From NCBI GenBank assembly GCA_964036045.1, contig OZ038378.1, positions 176,514,001 to 176,578,000 on the forward strand: a stretch of DNA of 64,000 nucleotides, given 5' to 3'. The stretch comes from Eutreptiella sp. 'Long Island Sound 2002' (Eukaryota; Protista; Euglenida). The notes under the pieces were generated by a model, which was given only the letters and a program-made list of their open reading frames with translations, was not told the DNA's origin and searched no databases. The translations under genes were made by a program, and so were the position numbers. This document shows positions 12,661 through 25,479 of this stretch, in pieces (the stretch's first letter is position 1; each line of letters begins with the position of its first letter).

Positions 12661-15600
12661 CACTGTCCCCCGTGCGGTCGCTGTGGGTCTGCGGATGATG
12701 TAGTGAGCTCTCAAGTCTGTAGGCAAATCGTGGTGCAGTCGTCGAATTCGTTGCTTTACGCTGTTTGCGCAAAACGTAGACACCCTAAATATCCGAAGTG
12801 CTACAGGCAACTCCACTGCGTACCGATGTACGCCGTGACGGGTTGCTGGAGTGCCGTGTGCCGCATAGTTCTCGTCGCCTCACAGAGACCCAAGGCTCAT
12901 CGGAGTCGAGGAATAAGAAAGAGCCCAAGATCGAAAAGCAATGGGGCAAGCACCAGCATCGCTCCACTCGCAAGTCCAGGGGACCACGGCCTGCGCTGAA
13001 AACGACGCATCAGGGACAGTGGGCTGTGTTGGTGCGGGACGAGAACCTGATCTGCCCCGTGCTCAATGTGCACGTGGTAAAGAACAAGGAGGCCCCAAAG
13101 GTCCGTTGTGCTCTGGTCTTGTCGAGAGATCAAGGGGGGCCTTTTCCAGTGTCCACGCGGCCGATGACGGTGTGTATTGGACGGGCACGATTCGTGCGAG
13201 TGGCTCAGGTCAGCAACGCAGTTAATTGTTGGGCCTTTGCCTCAATGAAACAATTTCGTTCCGTGCGGAGCTTCACCTTCGCGGGGGGGGGGGGGGGGGC
13301 TGAGGACGGAGGGGTGTGGTCAGCAAAAACAGTCAAACGACCCCCACAACAGCCAGCACAACCGCAATCCGCCAGCTACTGGGCGCCGCTGGCACACAAA
13401 CCGCCCATCATGCCACATCCAGCACAGCCCCAGCACACCAACCACTGGGCTCCACGAACGCCCGCAGGAGAACCGGCCGCAGCGGCCGACAGAAAGCAGC
13501 GACCCAACGCAACATGCGAAGGGAAGAACGGGTGAGTGTCTAGGACCCCGTAAAGAAGCAACAACCAGACAGAATGTCACATAGGGGGGGGGGGGGGGCA
13601 TTATCCCAAGGCTGGTAGGTTACTGCGTAGTACACCTGGTCTCCAGTTTCATGTCCCTTGTGTCACGCGCGTTTGCTGAGGTCACGTCTGGGGGTTGTTG
13701 GGGGATGGGGTAATTTTGTTGGTAAGAACGGAATGTCTGTCCGAATGCCCACCACTGCACTGGTCCGCCCCCGCGGTGTCCACGCCCATACCAGCGCTGA
13801 AGGGCTTCAAATTCGGTCAATTTCCTGAGGTTTGGAGGTCGCTCCCCACCACAAATGATGTGGGACGTAGTAACACAGGGCCAGGGGGATCATGAAGGTG
13901 CAGTGTAGTTTCGGGCGTTTTCCTCGGTCCGTTGCTCGTTGGCGCTCAAAGGTCAGGTGGTTGCTGATGGCTCTGTGATCGTGTTAGCCCGAGTGTGAGC
14001 CGAGGGTGGCGGTGGCCAGGCTTGTCTGATTTCTTGGCTGAGCCATGTGCGCCTAGCGTTGTGGCGGGCGGGCTCTCCGGGGCCCGGGCCCCGTACCTGC
14101 CCTCCCATCACCTGCCCATTGCCCATCGCCCCGGCAGTGGTCCTACAATGCGCTTTGGGGGGCCTAGCACTCCGTTGGCTACGGCGGGTTGAGGTGCAGC
14201 GGACAATGAGGACGGCGGCAGAGTAGACCGTGCAAGTGCCGCTCAGCGCCCTCAGGGTTGGGGATGCAGCAGACCTATCGCAGGGTCAAAGTTGTGAGTA
14301 CTGTGGATTCGATTTCAGATGCAGCGCTTTTGGACACGTGGATCTGTTTGGGGGCGGCCTGAGGGGAATCGCATGTGCGTTTCTGGCAACGCGGGTGTTC
14401 AAAGGCCTACGCATGTGTGCCATGCTTTGGGTTGTGTAGTCAGTGAAGGGTGTGGTATCGATGTGGTCAGGTGTGTGTTTCATCGTTTTCATCGTTTCAT
14501 CTGACTCCTGCTACTGCTGCCAACTACTACTGCTGCCACCAACACTGCTGGTGCTGGGTGTACCGCATTTCCTGCACTCTCTGCTGCCCCCCCCCCCTCC
14601 CCTTTTCTCCTGCGTACCTGTTTAGTTCAGAGGTCAGCTCCAATGAGACCTTTACATCGTCAGCCCACAGGGACCCCCGTTTTGCAATCTTTCATGGCAC
14701 ATTCGATGCCACAAGGATTGCCTTTTCCAATCGCACAATTTCACGAGAATGAGTGAGCCCAGTCGGGATTTCTTTGGTGTATTAATCGACTCTTCAGCTG
14801 GTTGGGAATGTCAGTGTTTACAATCGGATTCCAGGTCGACGTGTAATGGCAGCCATACATTGTGTGGTGTCCATTGCAGGCGTGGCTTCAGTGCCACTCT
14901 CATTCACCGCCTCAGCCTCATATCAATGACTCCTGCTTCCTTCCACCGCTTTGACCCTTGTTTCCATTGGTTTGATCGGTGTCATCGGTGGGAGGGAGTG
15001 GGGGGTTGGGGGCTGTGCCTCTTTTCAACTGACAGTACCGCATGTGGCGTGCGGCCCCCCGAGCAACTTGCAATAGGGTGGGAGCAGCAACGCGCCCACT
15101 AAGTCACCACAGGTTGACCAGCAGGGTGTCTTTGCATGCACTACACCACAAACCTCATGCCGCCAGACCAAGGGCACATGCCTTGCGGTGTCAACTGCAC
15201 CACTGCGTAGGACAGCCACGGTGCATCACAAATTGCATTTGAAAATGCTCTGCATAATATTCCTGCCTTGAAGGCACAGCCCTCAGGCGCTGCAGCATCG
15301 TTGCAGACACTGCACCTGCCTCGGCAGCACATCCTCAGTGGTTTTCGGGGAAGGAGGCAACTTCGAGCGGATTGTGAAGCAAAATGGGGTAAGGAGCTTG
15401 GGTGGCAGGGTGCACAGAGACATCGTCCCTCAGGGATCGGTTGGTAGTATGTATGCTGCGCAGAGACCAGCCCACCACCTGAGATCCGATGGAGTTTCAA
15501 ACTGGGTCCCAAGTCCTGCCAGCCACACAGCCCCCGATGCGGTCTGTCTGCCGAGAGTGATACACCAGGTGCATCGAGACCCACCGCACTACAGCACAAG

Positions 15601-17369
15601 CAAAGCCACAGCACCACCCTCACGGGCAATCCCGCACCACCACCAGCACTGCAGCACCCGCATACGTGCTACAGGCCTTGTTCTCCAGGAGTCCCGCTGT
15701 TCATTTTCTGGACAATCTCTCTACCTGCCGCCTCCTAACCTCCCCAAAGCTCCCTTTCACAACATTTCTGCCTCACTCACCTATGTGTACACACCTACGC
15801 ATGCAGAACCTTGGCATATTTTCAGCTCGAATGCTGAGCCGTGCAATGGCATTTGTCAGTGTGCTAACACGGGAACTGCGAGAGCACTTGACAATCCCAC
15901 ACCCGATATGTTTTGCCGATTCGCTTTGTGTTCATGCTGTTCTCATGCTTCTTTTCGGACGCTCCACTGAGGGACTGATTGGTACTCAGAGTTACGGATG
16001 TTACGGATAACTGAAAATGGCGCTCTGTGCGGCCCCCAGAAGAATTCCAACCAATCGAGCAGGGCTGCAGAGCTCCAGCGTTCACATCCGTATCGGCGCG
16101 TTGGCATGTGCTGGGACAACGTGAGCACACCTTTGCATCCGAGGCCTGCCTTCAGCAGCATGAGAGCTGAACGCAGTCAGGCCTCCATATGAGACCACCT
16201 CCTCTGTGGAACTACAGACCATTTGCTGAACACCACCACAACAGTATACTACAGGTTTCGAGGGCGGGGAGAGGGAGTGCAGACGGCACCTGCCACCACG
16301 ACCAAATCGCAAGGGCTAGAGTGATATGCAAACGTTTTGCAAGTGTCACCCAGCATGCAGAATCAGAAGGGAAATCGAGAGAGGTTGGTGTCATCGACGA
16401 TCACCTTCATCCACTCGACGGGCACCTGGACAGACTGTAGGATCGCTCGGGGCATGGGCGCGACACATGAGAAAGGCAACTACAAGTACCGCGTCCTCGA
16501 AGCATTGCAGGGTGGTTGACCGGGGAAAATGCAGACTGGTGGGTAAATGCCGCAGTGCACGCGCAGTGCACGTATTTGGAGGCTTAGCCTACCTGGACCG
16601 CACAAACAGCTTTACCTCTCTGTTTTGAAGTGATACAGCAGGGTCCTTGTCGGGAATCCTGTCAAGCCTGATCCAGCCTCCAATGTTGCCGCTGGTAAAC
16701 GGTCGTTTCCAGTGCAATCGGGCTTGAGAATTTGCTGCTCTTAATGAGCCTCACACTGAAGCAAACAGTGCTCGCTTCCCTTTGGGAGAGCAAAGCGTTT
16801 ATTCTAAAATGCTGATCACACTTTTTGATACGGAAGCAATCTGTCTCGCGACGGACATCGAGGCTGAGAGTGTCTGTGATGGGGGCACTCGGTACAAACA
16901 TTGCGCCCATTCATCCTTTGCCCCGAATTTCCTGTCCTAGTCACCTGAAATATGTCCCTGAACCACTCGATTCGCCGAATATCTCGGTCGTGCATGGTAT
17001 CTGAGATGTGTAGTGGCTGTTCACGTTGTAAACAAACTGTGTTGACTCTTTGGTTGCTCTCGTGAGCGCGGCACGGCATATGTTGTTGAACGGGAGTATT
17101 GTGTGAGGAGTTCCTTCTCCGACAGTTGCCCACTCGCACAGTTCATTGATTGTGTTGATACCCCGACATGCAACAAGGTCACAATGGTTCAATTGAATGC
17201 ATTTGAATGCATCACATGTGCACGCAAGTACAAGTTGTTCGCCATGTTGTCCTTTGTGTGATGTGTTGGGCTGTGGGAGGACAGAGAACGTTGCTGTTTC
17301 CTGCTTCTTCGAGTGGGGCTCTTTGGGGAACTTGGGAGTGGGTGATAGTCAAACCAAACGTACCAGGTC

Positions 17370-17389
17370 ACTGCTTGTCACCCCTGCAG
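17370..17389 (+). promoter_or_regulatory. Splice acceptor (probable trans-splice site) 10 nt upstream of the vWA gene ATG
   Basis: Pyrimidine-rich ACTGCTTGTCACCCCTGCAG followed by CACTTGCGCC and ATG. Confidence 0.5.
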
Positions 17390-17399
17390 CACTTGCGCC

Positions 17400-20300
17400 A
17401 TGTCGCCGGAAGACCTCTCTGACGCGCTATCTCGCCTGGATATCGAGAAGCGGTTCCACCGGATGCTTGTCGAGCTTTGCGATGGAGAGCCGGACTATTT
17501 GCGCGATATCGAGCCAGAAGACGTCGTTGATCGCGTCTGCGCCGACGGTCGCTCCATTGCTGCGCCAGTGGCCAGGGGTCTAGTCCGAAAGCTCCGGCAA
17601 GGCCCCCTTGCGCCGCCGCTGCAGGCGACTGGCGCAGCCGCGCGCGGCCCGTGTTCGATGCCACAACCGTCGCCACAACCGTCGCCTCTGGACCGCACCG
17701 CTGGGGAAAAGCGTGACACGGGCGCCGACTCGAGCAACTGCGCTGTGACACTTTGGCGGGGCTGCGGCGAGGACGCCTCCCTCGTGCGGTGTGCGGTAAG
17801 GGCGTGGCCGCCGCACGGGAGCGGGCCCATCCGACGTAAGGTACTCACCGCGATCCTGGACCGGTCCGGGTCGATGGCCAAGGAATGGCGGCTGCTGGTC
17901 GATGCGGTGGTGCGCGTGGTCACAGACGACATCCTGGCGGATCCCTTCACCTCTGTTGCGTTGGTGGTGTACGACGGGACTGCCGTGCAAGTGCCGCTGC
18001 CAGACTCCTCCGAGGCGCTCCGAGACTTGCTGATCCGCCGGTACTCTCCGAACCGCGGCATCACGTGCTTCCGTGCCGCCTTCGAGAAGGCGCTTGAATC
18101 CGTCCAACAGGCGCTCGGCAAGCACCTTGCAGCGGGAGCCCTCCCCGAGGACGTGGACATCGCGGCGCTGCTGTTCACGGACGGGCAGGACACGTCACTC
18201 CCGCCGCAAGGCTGCCCCTCCGAGGCATCGGCCAGTGCCGCGCGCGCGGCAGGAGATGCCTTCCGCCGGGGCATCCGCGGTCTGGGCTGCGCCTCGTACA
18301 CCTCCGTCGCGGCGTTCGGCGAGCAGCACAGCCCAGACATGTGCCAGTACCTTTCGGACCGCTACACGTACATCAACCGCCCCGGAGTTCTGAGTGACTG
18401 GCTGGCCATGGGCCTGGACGAGATGCTCGGAAGTGCGGGGCAGTGCGCCCTCCGTGTGGTGCCCCCGCCTGGGGCCGCCCTAGAGGAGCCGCCGCCGGGG
18501 TCCTTGCCCTTGAATGTGTCGGGCGACCTGCGGCACCACGTCTGGCTCCGCCTCCACGGCGCGCCAAGCGGCACCGTCGAAGTGGAGGTCGCGATCACGG
18601 GCGCGCTTCCCGTGCGCGCGGAGATCGACATGAAAGCGGCACACACCGTGGCGACCGACAGCTTCGAGGACCACATGTTCCAGCTCGACAAGGCCGCGCT
18701 GCAGATGCGCGTGCTGGCGGGGGAGCTGACCCGGCAGCGCCCCTCCCTCCAGGACCTGGACCGCATCCGGAACCGTCTTGTGGAGGTCTTTGCCAAAGTG
18801 ACCCGCACGAAGGAAGCCGCCTCGGACATCAACGGGGCATTGCGCGGCCGGACGGCACTGCGCCTCCGGGCGCAGGAGGTGCACGCCATGCGGGACCGCC
18901 TGTCGTATGCCGTGGGCCACTTCGATGCACGGGACCAGGACACGCGCCAAATGGGCGGCGTGGGGATCAACGCGGTGCTGCGCGATCTCGGTCAGCAGAA
19001 GCCGCTGGGCGCCGACGCCGCTGGGGCGCTGGTGACGCTCGAGGCTTTGGCCGCTCTGCCGGCCCCCGAGCCGCTGTCCCCGTACGGCCGCCGCTTTGCG
19101 CGCGATCCGTACACGGGCTGCGACGCCCAGGTGCTCGCCGAGGCCGGGGACGCGCTGTTCTTCCAGCTCCACGACGTGCAGTTCGCGCCCTCCGGGGCCA
19201 TTGTGTCGGCATCCGATGGCGTTGACCTGGTCAGCCACGAGGCCTTCCTCGCCCTCTCCAAGGACGCCACCGCTGCGGTCACCGCCGACGGCGCGGCAAG
19301 CTTCACGCACGTCGGCCTGCCCCTGTACGCGACGCCGGGCCACTTCCTCCGCGTGCAGCAGCTGCTGCCCCAAGTGCTAAGCCGCCTGGCCCCCGTGGGC
19401 GCGGGGGCGGTCGGGGCCGAGCGCCGGCTGCTGGCGTTGCTGGGCCGTGCGTTGGCCGCCGGGCGCGTTGCGCGTGGCAGCCGCGGTGCGGCCTCGCGCG
19501 GCGACTATACGAGCGCGCTCCTGCACAAGGCCCGGGCGGTGCACGCGGTGCTGTCGGCGACCCCAGGGCCGGGCCACGGGTCCCTCTTGTCCCGGGCGGA
19601 GCGCGAGACTGCGGAGCTCCTGGAGGACCCCAATGCCCTGCGCGACGCCCCCGATCTCTACGCCGTCGCGGCCCTGGGCCTACTCGTGGCGTGGCCCGCG
19701 TCCCAAGTCGTGCGGCTCGGGCACGCCGTGGCTCGCGAGGCTCTGCGGCGGTCGGTGGCGGATGGGCTGCAGAGCGCCGGGGAGATGCAGCGGCTGTGGC
19801 TCGGGTGGACGCTGCTGGGGCCCCCGGAGGCGTCGGGTCCGTGGCTCGAGGCCCTTGTGCCGCCCCCGAACGGCGGTGACGCGGGGCCTCCGTTGCGGAG
19901 CACCGGCGGGTTCAACGCCCTCACCGCCGGGGACGAGCTGGAGGAGCTCGAGCGCGCCGCCCCCGGGGCGTGGGCCCCTCGCGCCGCCGGGGTCGAGGTC
20001 CTGCAGGGCCTGCTCGCGCGCCGGGCCCCGGCCGGAGTGCCAGGGCCCCACGAGTGCGCCACCGTCTGCGACGTGCTCCCGCGCTGGGCCCAGCCGGCGG
20101 AGTCTCAGGGGGGCCTCGCGGGGCTGTGGCAAAGGCTCGACTCGGCCATGGCCTCCGATGCCAAGCCGCAGCAGAGCGGCGCGTGGCTGCCGCGCCTTCC
20201 CGATGACCTGTGCCCCGCGTCGGGCCCCCTGCAGCTTTGCCGCGTCGTCCGTGAGCCCGGCGCCATGGCGGCGGTCATCGGGGAGTGTGTGCGGGGGTGT

Positions 20301-20960
20301 GCCGTGCCCGCCCCCAGCGGCGGAGACGGGAAGGCCGTCCCCCTGCGGGCGATGGTTGCCGCCGCCACGCGGGCGCTAGTGGCCCGCCGGACCCGCCTCG
20401 TGCAGGAGCATCCTATCTGCGGTGCTGCATACCCCCGGGTGAGCCCTTGTTTCAATGAGGAGCACGCGCGCGACATTTGGGGGGCCCCCGCCGCCCCGGC
20501 GGACGTGGCGTTGCACGCGAAGGCCCGGCGGCAGGTGTTCGATTCCGGATTCCGCTGGTGCGCGGTGTCGGTGACCGAGGCCCTCGTGGACAAGGAATAC
20601 CGGGCCATGGGGGGAACTTTCGCCTTTCCGAGCCCGTTGGACACCTTCGTGGAGGGCCTGCACCGCCGCACGCGCGACCTCCACGAGGAGTGGCGGGACC
20701 GCGACGCCCGGCAGGCGGACGTGCGCGCGGCGGCCGTCCGCGAGATGCTGCTGCGCCTGCGCTGGGACGATCGCGACGCAGTGGCGCGGGCGAAGTTGTC
20801 GCACATCGTCGGGGCCATTTGGGACGATCTTGCGGGCGTGCCGGCAATGGGCGGACCACTGTCCTCGGCCCTGTGGCTGCCGGATTGGCCGGGGGCCTCC
20901 GTGGGTCAGGCCGACGACCCGCTTCGGCGGGACTCGGAATGGGAAGTTGTCGCGTCTTGA
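17400..20960 (+). CDS. Intronless 1186-aa protein: N-terminal SAM-like domain, von Willebrand A domain, long uncharacterised C-terminus
   Basis: Long, very GC-rich ORF from ATG to TGA. vWA MIDAS elements are ILDRSGSM, GITCFRAAF and LLFTDGQD. The N-terminus MSPEDLSDALSRLDIEKRFHRMLVELCDGEPDYLRDIEPEDV resembles a SAM domain. Confidence 0.9.
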   Translation: MSPEDLSDALSRLDIEKRFHRMLVELCDGEPDYLRDIEPEDVVDRVCADGRSIAAPVARGLVRKLRQGPLAPPLQATGAAARGPCSMPQPSPQPSPLDRTAGEKRDTGADSSNCAVTLWRGCGEDASLVRCAVRAWPPHGSGPIRRKVLTAILDRSGSMAKEWRLLVDAVVRVVTDDILADPFTSVALVVYDGTAVQVPLPDSSEALRDLLIRRYSPNRGITCFRAAFEKALESVQQALGKHLAAGALPEDVDIAALLFTDGQDTSLPPQGCPSEASASAARAAGDAFRRGIRGLGCASYTSVAAFGEQHSPDMCQYLSDRYTYINRPGVLSDWLAMGLDEMLGSAGQCALRVVPPPGAALEEPPPGSLPLNVSGDLRHHVWLRLHGAPSGTVEVEVAITGALPVRAEIDMKAAHTVATDSFEDHMFQLDKAALQMRVLAGELTRQRPSLQDLDRIRNRLVEVFAKVTRTKEAASDINGALRGRTALRLRAQEVHAMRDRLSYAVGHFDARDQDTRQMGGVGINAVLRDLGQQKPLGADAAGALVTLEALAALPAPEPLSPYGRRFARDPYTGCDAQVLAEAGDALFFQLHDVQFAPSGAIVSASDGVDLVSHEAFLALSKDATAAVTADGAASFTHVGLPLYATPGHFLRVQQLLPQVLSRLAPVGAGAVGAERRLLALLGRALAAGRVARGSRGAASRGDYTSALLHKARAVHAVLSATPGPGHGSLLSRAERETAELLEDPNALRDAPDLYAVAALGLLVAWPASQVVRLGHAVAREALRRSVADGLQSAGEMQRLWLGWTLLGPPEASGPWLEALVPPPNGGDAGPPLRSTGGFNALTAGDELEELERAAPGAWAPRAAGVEVLQGLLARRAPAGVPGPHECATVCDVLPRWAQPAESQGGLAGLWQRLDSAMASDAKPQQSGAWLPRLPDDLCPASGPLQLCRVVREPGAMAAVIGECVRGCAVPAPSGGDGKAVPLRAMVAAATRALVARRTRLVQEHPICGAAYPRVSPCFNEEHARDIWGAPAAPADVALHAKARRQVFDSGFRWCAVSVTEALVDKEYRAMGGTFAFPSPLDTFVEGLHRRTRDLHEEWRDRDARQADVRAAAVREMLLRLRWDDRDAVARAKLSHIVGAIWDDLAGVPAMGGPLSSALWLPDWPGASVGQADDPLRRDSEWEVVAS

Positions 20961-21299
20961 GCAGGAGGGCCCTTCCTTTTCTGCCGTTGTTCAGCAGTTA
21001 TTGGTTGGGTTCCGACCGGCGGCAGTCGACGTCCCGCCCATTCTGATGGGATGTCGGGCTTAGTCTCTGCTCAGGTCATGTGCATTTGCTGGGGGCATTT
21101 GATTTTGCTGAGGGAACTTGAGACAATGCCGTTTCAGCGAGGGAGCAGCCCGCTGCCCCAACGCTTTGCCGTGCACAAGTTCGCTGAGAGATTCAAGTTC
21201 TACTCCTCCCTGAAAGCGAATGGCAATGCCTTTCCTTCGATGGTGTATGTCCCTGTGTTTCAGATTCCGCTGTGCAGTCGACGACATTAGGTTCCAGGC

Positions 21300-22500
21300 A
21301 AGTGGAAAATGGCTGTTTTGGGGCGGGCTCCTGAAAGCCTCATTCGCAAGGGGGGGGGGGGATATTGAAAACGGGGCTCTCCCGTCAAGTGCCTGATGCA
21401 GGCCATTCTCAAGGAGATTTAGGGGGTCCAAGAAACCCCTGGGAAGTATCCTCCCGCTTTGGGGACCCCGAGACGGTAGACGTTATGTTGTTCACTGTTT
21501 CTCTCACACCACGAGACAGCCGGCATTATGCAGCCATTTTTTGTCCCCTATTCTGGGGACAGCAGGCATTATGTAGCCATGTATCGCAGACTGCTCCTGA
21601 TATTAGCCCACAGAGATTGTTGGCTGCTGCTTGCTGTGCGGCAACCCAGAGTTACAAGATCGGTCACCCATCCTGGCGATCGACCGAGACTCGTTGTTCG
21701 CACCAATTTTGAAAACACTTTTTGCCGCAGTCCCACAATCCCGCACTTGCAGTGCGGAGTGATGTAGGTTCCCGGGACAGAGGCTTTGGCATCGCAAACT
21801 GCGCGGTATCTTTGCAGATCTGCAGTTTCAGGCATAAAGAGAAGACAACGGGAGATGGAGTGACGGGTATCTGCGCATGACCTGTCAAGACCGCAAATGC
21901 TGCTGCTTTTTGGCCGAAAGGCGAGAGCTTTGATCCGGATACTCCAGCGAAAGACCCACAGGCATGAGCATTCGAAATTGCGGTGTGAAAGATAAAACAC
22001 TCAGTCTTGAGCTGCGTTCATAGCGCTCCTGAGCGCCGCACCATCTCCTTTGGGGTTGACACCCCTCGAGCTCAAGGAATGTGAAAACTGTGCGTCGTAA
22101 TGTCAGAAACAACCAAAAAACCTGCTGGAACCCTCCGAACCTGTCACATGCCATAACTGCGCCCTTGTGTTTCACGAGGATGACGCAAAAGGTGCTGCAC
22201 ATGGGGGCTACAGGGACGTGGTTCGGAAGATTTTCGATTTCGCGGCTGCATGGTCCACCAGAGAGAGGGGCAGGATCTTTGGGGGTGATCGTCGGGTCCT
22301 TTTCGGGCCTTTTTGATGATTTCGTGGCTTTTTCGTGTGGCTGTATTCTGCTGATTTGGACCCAGGTATTTCTTTGCACGGTGTCTTTTGAGTGCACCAG
22401 AATTCCTGCTTCGGGTGTTCTGCACCATGTGGACGTCGGCATCGAGTTCCACGTGAGACGAGACTCCATGTTGTTCGTTGAATACACGCCGCGGCCCGTA
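21300..22500 (-). mobile_element. Decayed LTR-retrotransposon-like reverse transcriptase remnant
   Basis: ORF 21885..22487 contains VILVKHKGAVMACD, LRRTVFTFLELEG and SFTPQFRMLMPVGLS, in the order and spacing of the Ty3/gypsy RT motifs VLVxKKDG, FSxLDLxxG and MPFGL. No intact YxDD seen. Confidence 0.4.
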
Positions 22501-25479
22501 AGGCAGGGAACTGAATCAGGGTACTCTGATTAGTCCATGAACAAACGTCGTGCCGATCATCCGACGAATGCTAACGCTCTCCTTGGTTTCAGCGGATGGT
22601 ATTCATTCATTCCGATGCTGAATCCGTGCGACCCCATCCCCGGGGCTGTACAAGTACGGCTGGTGTGGGGTGCCTCCTTTTCGCAAGTTGCGGTGCAAGC
22701 GATGATTCTTAGGGGAGTCTAGACCCCCCTAGGAATCATCGGGTGCCCTCTACACGCGAGGCCCTCTAGTCCATAGGGCAAGGATCTGGTAAGACTTGCG
22801 GCATCCACCACCGTGTCCCTGCCGGTGGATATCCGAATGCCAAAGCAAAGTGTTTTGCAGCCATGCATGCACGTTTAGTGTAATCCGTGAAGGGGTGCGA
22901 CAGGGTGGGCAGACATAGCTGCTTTGACTGTCGGTTGTGTGTGTTTGTGCCTTCTGCGCCTGTTGCATGTTTACGCACGTTGAGGACCCAGGTTGGGACA
23001 AAATGGCCATGGGTCTAGAATGGCCATTCTGCCCAAAATGGACGATCATAATCATTAGATTTGGTTCGCAGGCCACCCGGTACATCGCTTGTGGGATGCA
23101 TCTATCGTCTGCATTAGTATGGTGTTCGCGTAGGACCATCCCCCTGCACGCTGCTCAACAGGCCGTCATGCAAACTATGTTGTGAGGTGGTGTCAGGGTG
23201 CATCCGAAGATGCCCTTGACACTCAGCGAAGGCACACGCCAACGCAGGTTGCGTTTGGTCTCTTCGGATGCCCTAGACGCTGAAAGATGATTTTATTCTT
23301 CTCAGCGGTGGCCTGGGGCTTCATAGACTGTTGACTTTGGCATTTCGAGGTGGGTCATTTCAGACAGATCTGACTGAAACATGATCACTGCTCAAGGCAT
23401 GCGCAAAGAAGCGGCTGACCTGACTGAACATGAACACTGGCCTTGACAGCTCTGCTGCACCCTGTTTGAGCACTCAAGAGAGCAGCCTTGACAATTCTGC
23501 AGCATGCTGTCTAGGCCTTCGAGATAACGGCGGTGACAACTCTGCAACTACCGCACCAAAGACCACGTTGCCACAAGCCCTGAAAACACTGCCAAATGCA
23601 CACCACTGATAGTGGTGTACACCAGAAACTCCCACCAAAAGTACCTCCCCCCCGAAACGTACCCCCCAATTATTACCAGCCCCTCCCACCTCCTAAATGC
23701 CCCCCCCCCCCCCCTTTTGTATCAAACAACCCTCTTAGTGAAATACGAAAACTCCCCCTCGGAGTGTACCGGAAAAAAACCCAACATGCACGAACGAACC
23801 CTACCTTTGTCCCCAAAGGCCCCACTTTCAGACAGCTTAAAACCAAACAGCTATTCACCCCTGCACCAGCCGCCTAGCATTCATGTTCCCCTGCAACACA
23901 CATACAAAGAGCAATGCAAAAAACACTGAGTGTACAATCACATGTAGTTTCGTGACCTTCAATCATCTTTCCTACCTCCCTGCCTGTAATCTGCCCGAAC
24001 GGACCACCAAGATGCACTACAAGCAGATCTGGGCATACCAGGGGGGGGGGGGGGGTTTGACGGTTCTCAGGAATGCACCTAGCACCTGATACCATACCCG
24101 TATGGGGGCTACTTGGATGACCTGAAAGCCAAATTCCACTGCCCAACTATTCCTCTTGGGTTTTCAAAAGCCAAGCAACGGGTTCGGCAGTGGATATGTT
24201 GCACCACAACTTTATGCTACGTGTATGATTATTATTGGGGAGCTTAAGCTTTCCTATGAGCTTGAACCCAGCAGCATCCCGCCACCACCTGCTGTTTGGC
24301 CGAAACTCTATTGCTTGTGCGCAATGTTCAAAAGACTGTAACACAGTGGCATGTATATCGTCTGCAATTGGCCAGTGTATTCTATACTGAGCCATTTGAC
24401 TTGGCACCGGTTGCACAAGCTATGCGCATGGAGACATATGAGCAGCACCACCCCCACTAGGAGCCATGGTCGAAAAGGGATATTTTTCTTGTGGCCAGGA
24501 TTGTCACAATGACAGATCGCATTAAAGTACACAAGTGGGCAGAACATAAGTCTACTCACCAGATGCTAGAGAATTTTTACTGTCCTGCACAAGCAGCCTT
24601 TGGCTCTGTTGCCTATTCTGATGTGTAGCTGAGCTTTGCAGCCCACCAAAGACACTAGCCAAAGAACAAACAAAAGCATTCTCTTCTGGCCACCGAAGTG
24701 ACCCCTGCAGTGCAGTTTGGACCATCAGGATGGTGCAGGAAAGGCAGGGGCCTTTTGACAAACCCCTGGGGCTGAACCAAGGGCAGCAGCGCGGCCACTT
24801 TGCAGTGTAAACCACCCACTACGAGCGTACTCCACGCACGAAGCGCACGCCACCCACAGCCGTCAAGGAGCACGCCATGCACATGCGCTACCCACAGAGT
24901 GGTGGACTCCCGGAGGAGATTGGACAACAGCCAAGAAAATGTCCGACAAAAACCAAACGACATGTACTGAAAAACCGCAGATGTGTACTTGAAACCCCGT
25001 GAATTGTACCATAAAAATCCTCTAAATGTCACATTAAATCCCAAAAAAACTATACCGAAAACCCCCAAAATGTAACAACAATCCCCCCTGCACAAGCTCC
25101 AAAATGGAGCCAAAACCAACCCAGGGTAATTTTGGGGAGCATGGGAGGGATATTTTTTGGTATTTTTTAGCCGGGGGCGGAGGGGGCATTGGTACTTTTT
25201 GAAAAAGGCGGTTTTTTCGGTACAAAGTCGGGGGGTTTTTGGTACGCACTGCACCCACCTGACCCACAATGCTAGAGAATAAATGGATGGATACACCCTC
25301 CCTCCATAACTGAAAAGCCGGAACCGCTTTATGGATGAGTCCAAGAATCCCAGAGCTCTCGATTCCGTTACCCATGAATAAACAACATTTGTAATGTGGA
25401 CATGTAGAGACCTTTGTGGAGGCCACCTTGTTGTGCTTCTGGGGACGCGTCAACAGATCCCAGACCATTACAAAAATAG

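Noticed and set aside
13533-13543. TGAGTGTCTA as another SL fragment
   Set aside because: Only 10 nt, and it coincides with a GTGAGT donor-like site; chance match.
17495-21046. Many overlapping ORFs on both strands around the vWA gene
   Set aside because: Shadow ORFs of a very GC-rich coding sequence, with no motifs.
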